Program-made: the position numbers and the translations under genes
Assembly: GCA_000708835.1 (NCBI GenBank)
Contig: DF237149.1
Coordinates: 62,001-126,000 of the forward strand
DNA length: 64,000 nt
Source of the DNA: Klebsormidium nitens
Taxonomy: Eukaryota; Plantae; Klebsormidiophyceae
Reading direction: 5' to 3'
The notes under the pieces: model-generated
What the model was told of the DNA's origin: nothing
What the model saw: the letters and a program-made list of their open reading frames with translations, nothing else
Database searches by the model: none
Shown here: piece after piece, positions 36,001-48,000 of the stretch
How the letters are laid out: the number at the start of each line of letters is the position of its first letter
How positions within the stretch are numbered: the first letter of the stretch is position 1

Positions 36001-39000
36001 TATTCTGACGGCCGTAAGGTTAATCTAGAAACGTTGAAGGCAAAATTATAGCCATGTTGGAGAAGCAACGAAAATGAGATCGGGACGTGTGGTTCCCGAG
36101 GCGCTCACTTCTTCCACTCCCACGCGGACACGACTGACGTCAGCAGGTTGTCCCCGACGCCGTGGCAGATCTTGCCGAGCGTGTTACACGTCATCGGCGC
36201 AATGATGAGGATGTCGGCCCAGTCGCGCAGCCACAGATGCCGAGCAATCACCTGCGGAGGAAGCGGTCCTTGGGTTTGGATTTGTAAGTTTCGAAATATT
36301 CTGAGTCTTAGGGTATCAGGCTATTCAGGGCCTACTTTGCGGGCTCAGTGACGCTCTGAGGGCCATGCTATGATAAAGTGGATCCGGGCTGTGGCTTACG
36401 GAAAGCTGTTCTTGAGAGAGTGTTCCGGACTGTCCGAAAGTTTCTCGAAAAGGATGAAGAAGTATCCAGGCAATCGTAAGGGGGAATAGCGTAGCTCGAT
36501 TCAGAACAGACCTAAGACAAAGAAGGGAAGAAGAGAATCTGGTATCTATGGACAGAAGATGTTAAGTCGATGATGCACAGCTTGAGAGGAAGCTTTTTGA
36601 GCAAGTGAATCACTGTGCTTCGAGGCTTTCACATGGAGCAAGATAACTGCAACCTACGGCAGCGATAACGAGAAGAGGAAGCAAGGTGCTTGGTAGGAAC
36701 AGGGAGGAGATCGACCGAGCTACGTAAGGTAAAGGGTCCCGGGAACCACTTACCGGCATACCGAACGTGTACTCGAAGTTCCATTCATGGTGGTCTGCAA
36801 AAGAGAGATGATACTTCAGTTGTCGCACTCAATTTGAGCATCTTATTGATTGTTGGCCAGGTTTGAGGAATAAGCGTCCTCAGCGGCATTTTTAAAAAAC
36901 CTTACGCGACCTACAAATGCAGTCAGTACGACCGAGAGACTTAAAATTACTGCTGTCAAGTGACCGGGGCGATACGCACGTTGACAGTCTTCTGAGCTTC
37001 GACCATTCCTGCTCTCTCCTAATTTGGCCACGGTAGATGTCCGAAAAGATAGGCAACTCCGAGCACTCCATTCAAATCTCAAGACACATCACTGGAATGA
37101 CAGACCCCAGCGCAAAGCCGGGAAAGAGCAAAGCAAGCAAAGACGGCGAGGCCGAGCGTATTCTCACCGTAATAGATGTCGTCCTCTTTCAGTACCGATG
37201 TGAGGACCCGCATGCCATCCTGCAGAGAGGATTGTAGCCGATGTGAATATGCTGAAGCGAAGACGAACGCAATCAAGACGTGCTCAATCAGCAGGTCAAC
37301 GTCGAAATAGGTTTAACGCCGATTGCACCAAAAGCCAGCAGTTACTTCCACCCATCACGCAATAGCCCAATGCGGGAAAGCAGAATTTGAGAGGTGAAAG
37401 ATGAAAGGTGGCAACGAAGGCTTTCCCCGAACTCAAACGTATAAAACGGTAACCAACCCTGGAACTGTATCCAAAAGATCGAAGATGTGGCCAGCTGATC
37501 TCTCACGGTTCAGGTATCTACCGAGAGCCCAATCCGAGGAAAGAAGTCAATAGGAAAAAGAAACGCAGAGTCCCTGTCCTCAAATGAGATCCCCTCAGAG
37601 CACTCACCCGGAAGAAGTGCCGCGAGTTCTCGGACGGCTCCAATTTCAAATCGAATTTGCCGGTAGCAGCAACTCATCCTTACCGACCAGATAACTAAAG
37701 CCCAGTATAATTGGATGAAAAGACAAAGACAACACCACTCATACCAGAGAGATTCCCTCAGAGCACTCACCCGGAAGAAGTGCCGCGAATTCTCGGACGG
37801 CACCACTTTGACGTTGAACTTGCCGGTGGCCAGCAGTTCCTCCACGAGTGCCGGCAGCTTGTCGGCGGCCGATGACGCGGCGCTGCCGACTAGCACGTTC
37901 GCCTTGGGGCCGTCCCATGCGACGACATTCTTCGGCGGGGGGGGGCCGTCCCAGTGCCAGTGGGGCCCTTCGTGGTCGTAGTTCATCTGTTTGGGGGGGG
38001 AGCAAAAACGAAATTTCATTTAATAATAGGGTTTGAAGGACCCGCTGATGGCGTCGAACGTCGTCCATGAGTTTGATACGAAACACGCGTTCAAAAACTT
38101 TTCCGCGTTCAAAAACTCGTGACCTATTTTGAGGTAGAACACCTTTCCAGGGGTATGCTTCTGGAAACCAGACGAGAAAGAGGGCCGTCCCATGTGACAT
38201 TATTCATCGGCGGGGGGGGAGCCGTCCCAGTGCCCATCGTGGTCGTACTTCATCTGTGGGGGGTTGGCAAATGGGTTTAATGAAAAAACTTCATGGAAGG
38301 GAAAAGGAGGGGCGTCCCACGCGACGACAGTTCGGGGGGGGGGGGGGGCGTGCCAGTGCCAGTGGGGCCCCTCGTTATCGTGTTTTTGAAAACGTATAGC
38401 AAATGACTTCGGATATCTGCATTTCGGATATTGTTCGACAGAAACGATGTCCTATCTGACGATATTACTCAGGGTAGGGGGGGCCCGCGTCCCAGTGCCA
38501 GTGGGGGCCCTCGTGGTCGTGGTTCATCTGTTATCAGAGGAAAGATCTGATTCAGTACCTGCATTGGACTGTGGGGAGGGGCAATATGCTTTCTAAAACA
38601 ATGTGTCGTCCTCTTTCAGAACAAGCTTGGTGGGCGATGGTCGTCCAAATGAGTGTGGTCCTCGCAGTCGCCTCTGTTGTTCTTACAGCAGAACAAGAGT
38701 CTTCCGAGTCGGAAGAATGTAAAGAGGAAACGTGCAACTCGAAAACAAATGTAGAAGAAGAAAGCGCCGCTTTAGTGTTAAATCGGGGCCCTCTTAGTCG
38801 TCTGAGACGCTTTTCTTTGGGGGCAATTTTCCGGCGAACTCGTTTGTGAATCAAGGAGAGGGCATACCAGTCGAGGGGCCCATTTTCGCGCGAGAAGGTC
38901 AAAGGCAGCGTTAGAGGGGGCCCTTCTTGAGTACCTCAAGAGATTGGGACGCATAACCGAGCTCACTAAAAAGCACCCAGTTCATTTCAACGCCCCCATG

Positions 39001-42000
39001 TGAGCTTTTCGCCCCAGCTGTTTAAGACTTTAAATAACTACAACCCCTAAAAGTGCAATGACTTCGAAACCAGAGCACCTCCGCTTACCAAGCAACACCG
39101 CTTGTAGCCTTGGGAGGCCGCCATGTCGAGCGTGTACTCCGTAACGCAGCTGGCAATGCCCTTGTCGACCTCCTCTAGTTTCTGCGAAGTCTGTGCGCTG
39201 TAGTACATTAGGCACTTGGCCTCTGCTGACCCGTCCGGTTTGCAGATTGCCGTCGGCTTGCGAATGTACCTGTAGGCACAGTGAAAGGCATCAAGCTTTG
39301 GAATTCGGTTCGACTTGCCGATGCTCTTAAGGTGAAGGCAAGAGTTAGAACAGATTTAAAGATGGAAAGTGCGAAAGCGTTTGTGATAGCTGGTCGAAGA
39401 AGTTTGAAAGGCAATCACTTCAACTTGGTGGGACCTAAGGATAAGTAGAATCTACACACTTGTGGAGAAATCTACACTTCTGAAAGAGTATGGTGTGAGG
39501 CATTCTCCAAGGTGTCAAGCCTGGCCTGCACACGCTTTCTATTTGCAAACGTAGCGGCAGGAAGAATGCAGTTCGTGTACGAAAGCTTGAAGCTTTGTAG
39601 ACCTTCCTAAACAAACCCCACTTGTGGAGGGAACCGCCTATGAGGTGGGGGATAACTTACGAGCTGTTTGCGAGGTCGTCCGGTATGAAGTTCTCCAGGA
39701 TGTCGAAGGCGTCCAGCGTTACCTTGTCGATAGCGTATAGCTCGCCCATAACCTGGCCACTGCCCTGGCCGGGTCTGCATAAGCAGAGAGACGATGACAA
39801 AGTCAGCACAGGAGAAGAGGGATCGAGAGACTTTGGTTGCCACAGTGCATTGCTGTTCGGCTGCAAAAAGGTGTTGCTGAATTGAGGTGAAGACGCTCTG
39901 CACGAAAGGGCAAAGAATCTGCTTTTTGATGACCTAATGGCCCGTTCGTGCTGGTCAAACGGACAAGAGAACGACAACCGTTGAAGGAACCTCAGCTAGA
40001 CCATTGAAAGGTCCAAAGACCCTTGGAAAAACCTTCAAAGAAAGACAGCTGTCACAAATGCCGCAACGGGATAAGATCAAAAGGTCTTCCTTTCACGAAA
40101 AAGCAGACCGAAATAGTGTAGCACAATGACCAAGTCTGAACACCAGCACTTCCGGGGAATTCGCCTAGCGCAGGTGTCGATTCTGCCCAAAAGGAACCAA
40201 CAAAGGCAACAATTAGGGAGGGAAACCTACGCGTCCAGCAGCGTGCACGCACGGTGCAGCAGCCGGCACCCCGCGTTGGTGCAGCTGGGCAGCGTCGGCA
40301 CGACAAGTGGCAGGCTCTCCTTGGTGACACGTGGCCCCACGAAGTCGTGAAGCGCCTCCTCGAACTGTCCCCGGTTCGCGAACCCCTGCTTCAGCGTCCC
40401 GTATGTGAAAAACAAAAACGGCCGGTCGGGCTTCCCCGAGTAAACCCCGAGAGCCTCCGCCACAGCAACCGGGTCGCTCCCCTGTTCCCCGACCATATTT
40501 TCTTCGTCTTCTTCTTCCTCTTCATCGCTTGCGAGCCCGTCCACCGGCTGCACGTTAGCACCCGCCGCGGCTTTCTCGTCGTCGTCTTCCTCCTCGGGAA
40601 TGTTTACGGGAACGTCGTACCGGCCCGGGCGCTCCATGATGCTCGGCATCGGCTCCGGCGGCCGCGCGCGGACGGACTGCACCCGGGGGACTCCCCCGGG
40701 GCCTGCTCCGGAGGGATCCCCCTCGAGCCCGAGGATGGACATCACTTTGGGCGACATGCTGTCGGTCTGGGTGAGGTTCCGGGATTGGGCCCGGGAAGGA
40801 GCCCGCGGAATTCCGAGATTCCGGCGGAGGGTGGATTGCCGGCGCTCGTAAGTGGATGCGCGGCGCTCGGCGCTGTTGGCCATCTTGGCCATGTTGTACG
40901 CGGTGAGGGCGGACTCCGCGGCCTCGCACACGAAGGCGCTGCAGGGGGCGGAACGGCGGAATCAGGGGGGACCGAAGGGCGGGAAGGGCGGACATAGACC
41001 GGCAGTGACACAACAGAACGGACACGCGAACATTGCTCGCATCTCAAAGGCCATGGGGTACGTGACAGGGAAAGCTTAAAAAGGACACGAGACCATGATG
41101 AAACTCTGTTCTGGGGGGGAAGTGGATATACAGAGACACACACCGCCCGCTCGAAACCGAGTGTCCGAACTGGTCAAGCACAGGCAGCTCTTGCAAGCCA
41201 CGGCTATCCAATTGAAAACACTGATAAGATCGTAAGACGCGCGGAATAATCCGACAATGCAGAGACCAGACGTCAATTTCAGAAAGTCGTCCCATTCGCT
41301 TCTTTTCCAATCAAGCCCCAATCCAAACCGATCGAAGCTCCGGAGCTGAAGTTACATGACGAACACTTGCATCGACTACTCAAAGCTCATTCCCAACTTG
41401 GTACAGTACTCATTTGCAGCTTCCTAGCCCCGCTGAACAAAACTAGTCAAACCAGAACCGGTTGTTACTAACCTGTTCAGTCGGCTGGGCGCGGGCGCTT
41501 GGTTGGCGTTGGAAGTTTTGCTCACGACGCGGATCATGCCCCGGCCACGTCCGATGGACAAGTCGCGCTTCTTGCACGCGGCAAACAGGCGGCCAACCGC
41601 GCATCGCCAGTAGCGCGCATAGGAGCGGGGCTGGACACTTGCCAGGATAACCTCCTCCCTGGTTAGGGTTAAAAAACGGGTTTTGAATTAAATGATTTGT
41701 GATGAAGCTGAATGAGGTGGAGGATTGGGTTGGGGTGAGAAGTGGTGTGACCGAGGCTGGACATTCGCCAGGATCACTTTCTCCCCGGACCAAGTTCAAG
41801 TTTCCAATCGGGAAGAAAACTGTAGGAAAAGAGCCACTCAGCGTTGAGTGAAGCTACAGAGACTTGACAACCTACCGTGATCACTGACGGTTTTCCCGTT
41901 CATTTGAACTCCCTGTTTCTTGTTTGAGCCCTTGAACATAGGGCGAGCATTGGTGAGAAAGTTCCGAAGAAAGAAAGAAGGTTCACAATAAAGACTGAAC

Positions 42001-45000
42001 TCCCCGATCCTTCTTGTGGTTAGCTTAAGTTAGCGCATTGAGAAGGTCTCATCACTACGTAATCTTGCAAGCTCTGCAATCCTGTAAAGAGTGCATGCAG
42101 CTCGGCGGCTTACAAGAAAAGCAACATCGAAATTGTAAACACAAGCTCGCAAAGTCCAAGGTTATGAGGCCAAGAAGCGGGAAAGGAAGCTCACTTCTCC
42201 TTATCGACAGCTGCTACTAGCGCGTACTCTCCTCCCGACGCGTGGCTTGTAATGTTGACCTTTGCGCCCAGAGCAGTGTCGATGTCGAAGTTGAGAATCA
42301 CCGCTGTGTCTTGGTTCGCTACGGCGTCCTGCAGAAGCGGAGTGCGTCAGGATAACGTCAGCATTCTCCTACAAGTCAGTGAAGCCTTCCTCACAACGTT
42401 CTAGGTTGGAGTTCATCATCAACGTGGAGAACCTGAAGGGGCTTGAGTCAAAACGCCGTCCTTCAAGTGGTCCAGAAAAAGCTTGTGAGAGGACTCGCTC
42501 TGCAAGGTTCAATCAAAGCTTTCGCAAGCATTGACAGAGAAAATCAGATTTGCAATTGCGAGTACGTTGGCGTGGCAGGCTTTAGTCTCTGATCTATTTC
42601 TATCGTGATGGGGGCGCATTGTGAAACTTACCATCATACAGCGCCAGAATGTCTCAGGCAGAATCTTGTTGTCGTCCATGTGGTAAATCTCCACCTGCAA
42701 GATTGTCAAAGAACGAAAAGTTTGTTCCAGTCTCACAGTGCAGTCTTCAGGCGGGTCAGAAGGGTTTGAGTCGTCCACAACCGTTTTCAGCAAGCGCAGC
42801 CACAAAGCCAGAAAGTCCAGTGTACATGTCGGATGGTGAAAAACGTTGTCTCCGATATGTGGTCATCAGAGGACCGGTTGCAAGCACTCTCGACGCTTGG
42901 TTCAGTGACTTCGGAGAAGAACTGCTTCAAAGAATTGAAACATAGAGTACGACCCAGTGGAGCCCAAAAGGCGCACAAGAGGTGATGTTGGCATGAACTG
43001 TGTCAAATGATAGTATTGATCCACACTGACGCGGATTTCAATGATCCGCTCCGCCTCGACTAGATTTCGAAACCACAGCGCATGTGTCTAAAGCGCAAGA
43101 ACAACGACACGAGCTTGATAGCGCCAGCTTTGAAGCGGGGCGCATTCACCTTGACTGGCAGCTGCCTGGTCTGCACCACCTCGACCATGGTGTGAAAAGT
43201 GTCGGCGAGCGTCATGTTCCCGTCGGTCACGGCGCGCAGCGGCAGCTGGGCCGTGTGGAAGATATCGTCCACGCTCGTCTTCTTGCCGATCGCCGAAAGA
43301 GCATACGCTATGGCCGTCACGTTGCCGCACGCGATGGGGGCGTGCAGGGAGCGCTCGTCGACCTGGCACGTTGGAAGCAGAAAGCTTTTAAAGTCATCTC
43401 GTCACAATTCGAACTTAGCCCTGAACAAAGGCCTCTAGCATGAAACACCTTTACCATTTCAAGTTCAAGCTTTAATCACTCCTACACAAGACTCTCTTGT
43501 ACTTGAATTTAATCCCAAACGAGCTCAACGCTTCTGGCCTCTGTCGCCTCAACCTCCCACTGACTGCCAAGCAAATGACGCATGAGCTGATTAGCATGAT
43601 TCCTTTGCGAAAGGGCTTACATCTTGGGATCGTCATTCGTCTTGGCTGACAAGAAAAGCTCAAGACAAGTGTTAAGGCCACTACCTAAACGACCGTCTGC
43701 ACAGCCTTCGGACCACAGGTAACGATGTCCAGCGACGACCTTTCGGTGCAGGCAAAAACAAGCAGACCTGCAGAGCAACCATGAGCAGAAGCGAAAGCTC
43801 ACCCCAGCGATCCCCTTGTGAATGCCTGGCGGGTTCCAAACCGCCTCCTGGGGCCACGGGTTAGTGTACGGGTTATCCTTGTGGGTTATCCGGATGCACC
43901 CCCGCGACCGCTTAGAGGTAGAGTCCTTGTCCTGCGGCAGCGAGGGATATGACGTCAGCGAGGGATATGACGTCAGGCCTTGGGGTGCGCGTCGACCGGG
44001 AATCTACTTAACACCTGTGTTGCCTTTGTCGTACCGCCAAGTAGGAGGTACGGTACGGTTCAGGCCGAAATACGGCTTTAGAATGTACCTCTCTGACCAC
44101 GTGGATCTACTGGACCATTCAGTTGGCTCAAAGCTCGGGGATTCTCTGCAGCGCTTCTTTATCTGCGAATTGTTGGCAATCTGACTCATCACTTTCTATG
44201 GTCCCTGCAGTTTGCCAGGTTTGTGAATTTCCGGCCTTTGGTTCAGAAATCTGTGTTCAATGGACCTAGAAGAGGTAGAACTGGAGCCAGAGTCGAAAGC
44301 GTTAGGAGAAAGAACCATTGCCAGCGTCCAAGAAAGCGCAGTTTGTATGAGGTCTTTGAACGCGAATCGCGGACCCGGCTTCACGAACAGCCTTGGTCGA
44401 GACTCCGTACATCGCTTCGCTTCCGTGTATCACAACAGGAACGATGAGGCGCGAGAAAGACAAGTCTTATACGAGAAAAATGAGACTGAAACCAGGGATA
44501 AAGAGGGTGAAGAAAGTGACTACACCTGCATCGCTCGGAACATGCGGTTCGGCGTGCACCGCCAGTATCGCAGGTACTTCTTGGGGTTGACGTCAGCAAT
44601 GACGAGGTGGCCGTCCGTGTCCCATCCTCCCAGGAGCGCGAAGTGCCCACCGCCGATCGCGACTCCCTCCTGGATTCCGTGCGCGATGTTGACGTTGAAG
44701 TTGAGGAGGTACATTTCGACGTCCTTGGAGGACGCCGCCCGGCGCAGGCTGACCTCAGCAACCTGTCAGCACGAGAAAGGTCTGACGTCAGANNNNNNNN
44801 NNNNNNNNNNNNNNNNNNNNNNNNNNNNNNNNNNNNNNNNNNNNNNNNNNNNNNNNNNNNNNNNNNNNNNNNNNNNNNNNNNNNNNNNNNNNNNNNNNNN
44901 NNNNNNNNNNNNNNNNNNNNNNNNNNNNNNNNNNNNNNNNNNNNNNNNNNNNNNNNNNNNNNNNNNNNNNNNNNNNNNNNNNNNNNNNNNNNNNNNNNNN

Positions 45001-48000
45001 NNNNNNTGAGGAGGGAATGACGTCAGCTTCATGCAGTGATAAGAAGTCGTCATCAAAGCCGAGGTCGAAAGCAGAAGTGTTGGTTAAGCATAGAAGGAAT
45101 GAAGTAGGATTGGAGGGAAGGGGGACGAACAAGGAAAGCAAAGAAGAAACACCTGAGCCCACCTGTTCTGCGAAGTCCTGTTCGCTCAGGCGTCCCTCGT
45201 CGAAGAAGAAGAGCTCCACTCGGAAGGGTAGGTTCCGCCCCTCGACGTATCTACAGGCCACTTGGAACGTGTCTGCCAACGTCAGCCCCGCGTCGATGAT
45301 CATCTGGGCGGGAAGGTCCGCATAGTGGAACACGTCCTCTACAGTTGTTGGGACGCTCAGAGCGGCAATTGCAAACGCGATAGCTGCATAACAGGTAGAG
45401 GATTCGAATGGGTCAGACTAATTCAGCAGAAAAAAGCAGGATTGTTGCGATGTCACGGCAGCAGCCTGATTGAGCTTTCCTAAACAGTCGTGGAAATGGC
45501 GTACCCTGGCAGGATTTGTTTTTTTTGGGAAAGAGACGAGCCTAGAGTTATTCGACCAAAAGCACGCCTCTCCGGTAAGTGGCACGCTCACGTAAGCCGT
45601 CAGAACGAGAGGACGGGCAAGTCACCCCAGATCTTGAAGGGCGTCTGCGAATCTAGACGGAAAGTCTTCCCGCTTTCTTGCTGCGTCATTCCATTTGCTT
45701 GGCGAGCCTGACCGGCCACAACGGCACCAAACATCAATCAGGACCCACGCCCACGTTCGTTTCACCGGTCACTTTTGGTTGGTAAAGCCTTGTCGGCACT
45801 CGGGAATGGAGAAAATGACTTCCTCTTTCTGGAACCTTTCTCCGGCTATCACCCCTTCCCTCGATGGTTATTGCCATGAGCAGCTTCCAGCCGTCGGTCG
45901 ACGGGGCGATAGCCAAGGCGGGGTCGAATTTTGGCGACGGAAGGCCATGCTTCTGAGCCTCGGGCTCTGTCAGTTTGGGACACTTGAAGGAAGCTGTGAC
46001 CCAAAGCGGCGGAAGCGTCTCACCTGTGATGTTACAGCAATTGAGCGGCTGCTGGAACTCGTACAAGTGGACCATGTCGAGCGCTTGCCGCCGCCCGCTG
46101 TGCTCGAACGCCTGCCCCGACAACGTGGTTCCGCCACGTGTGATGAACGACGCCTGCGGAAGGTAGGTTTGTACCATCTGATATCTATGAGCAGTCGACG
46201 GCTCCTAGGAATTGATTGGTGCAAGGAGGGTGTGTACCAGATGGCAGTCAACGAGCAAATCGACGGCTCCTAGGAGACGAGTGGTAACAGTAGGATTGCG
46301 ACAGCGGCAGTCACTGTGCAGTCGTTGCGACAGACGGCAGTCACTGTGCAATCCACGGCATTTAAGAGATGGTGAAACGGTCAAACCTGAACTCGACTCC
46401 AAAGCCTGCTACCATTCGCCAAGCCCCTCTTGAGAATGATCCTTGCTCAAAGACCGCTTACCAACACAGGCACAACTGACGTGTTACATTACGTCAATCT
46501 GCTAACGAAAGATGGACTTCACAGACCTTTCTGAAAGGGGCTTGGCCATCCAGCGCAACCGAACAATCTGCAGAAGTATTCCTTCAAAGCTGTCAGAGAT
46601 GTCCAGTCCTCAAGTAAGGCATGGACTACGGTTCCTCAAACCTTTGCCTGAATGGTTTTGCGAACTTGCCTGCGACTTGCCCTCCGCCCAACTGGCCTGT
46701 CCCCCGCTTGGCAACGCCACCGGCAGAGGCCCAGGGACGTCGGCTCCCTCCGTGCTTCGACGGGAGGACTGGGTGATGAGCTGGCTGAAGGGGTCTCCAT
46801 CGGAAGATTGAGGGGGGGTGAGGGGGCCGCTGTCCAAAGGTCGGAGTGAGGGGGAGACGGTGGGGACGGGAGAGCCGTCGAGGGAGCGACGGGAGGAAAG
46901 CGAAGAGGGGGTCTGCAAGTAAGGAGGGGTTGAGTCTTCAGCCGTCCAATCAATGACAGGAGAAACTTCAGAGGGTCCTGAATCACACAAATTCTGCTTT
47001 TGCTTTCTTGCATTCAACGCAACGCCTGGCGGAGTCTTTGAGAAACCGACGAATCGTGCGATAAGGCTCCGTGCTCGTCACTAACAAGGTCCAAACGCGG
47101 TCTGCTGCAAGCAATGGCACCACGGCTGATGTGGGGACTGTCTCAGGCACTGAACACCCCAGGAGCTTCAGAAAAGTGCAAACTATTAATTGCACGCTGC
47201 GGTGCTTGCCAAACCAGCACGTGGCAACCGCACGGTTGACGCCCACTATTCGCACGCCTAAACATTTTGGACAGACTCCTGTCAGGCAGCCACGTGGCAT
47301 TCTCAGGAGGAGAGAGTGGCACACCGCATTGTAGGTCATGTACTTGTCGGCGTTGGGGGTGAAGCGGTACAGCGAGTCCGTGTTTTTGAACGACTGGTTC
47401 TTGTTCACGTGCTGGATAAGCTGCAACAGGACTCAGAAACTTAGAACAGCGTTCGCTGAACCACTTGTACAAACCATCATTTGAAACATTATCTGTAATC
47501 TGTAAGCCCCATAAGGTTGAGATTATGGGGCGCAGTCTCTTTGCGCTGCTGCGACACCAAGCAAAGAAAAGCAAGCCAAAACAGAAAGTCTGGCTCATCA
47601 TTTATCAACACGGGAGGACTTCAGGGGCTTCTCGGAGTAACAAAGTGTGCCAACTTCTCTCCCATGATCAACATTTCCGAAAATGGATCAAACCCAAATA
47701 TCCTTGAAAAACAAACTTCAACATGGAGTTGCCACCAGTGTAGGTGCAGCCCCAACCTGCGCCCTCCTGGACGTTCCCAGCTCATGAAAAACCAAACACT
47801 CTTCTTTGTCAGGTCTGAAATTACCAGCCTGTTCTCCGATTACTTCCTCTGGCAAGAATTCGCCCCCAGTCACAAAGCCGCCAGCCACATGGTATCAGCA
47901 CTGTCAGCGATTGAAAGGAACCCTTAACATACATGGAAAAACCCTAGATACCCATAGGTCTTTATGAGCCAAATGCGCCATCTCAAGCTCGCTAGCTCTT

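Noticed and set aside
38552-38960. Alternative terminal exons for the GGACT part (ORF 38552..38902; VLKKGPL*)
   Set aside because: Acceptors are weak and the translations are not protein-like. The phase-0 join to 37986 gives a better continuous sequence.
40254-41143. Long overlapping GC-rich ORFs (40254..40997 +, 40555..41025 -, 40742..41143 -)
   Set aside because: Alternate-frame or antisense shadows of the GC-rich exon 40938-40231.
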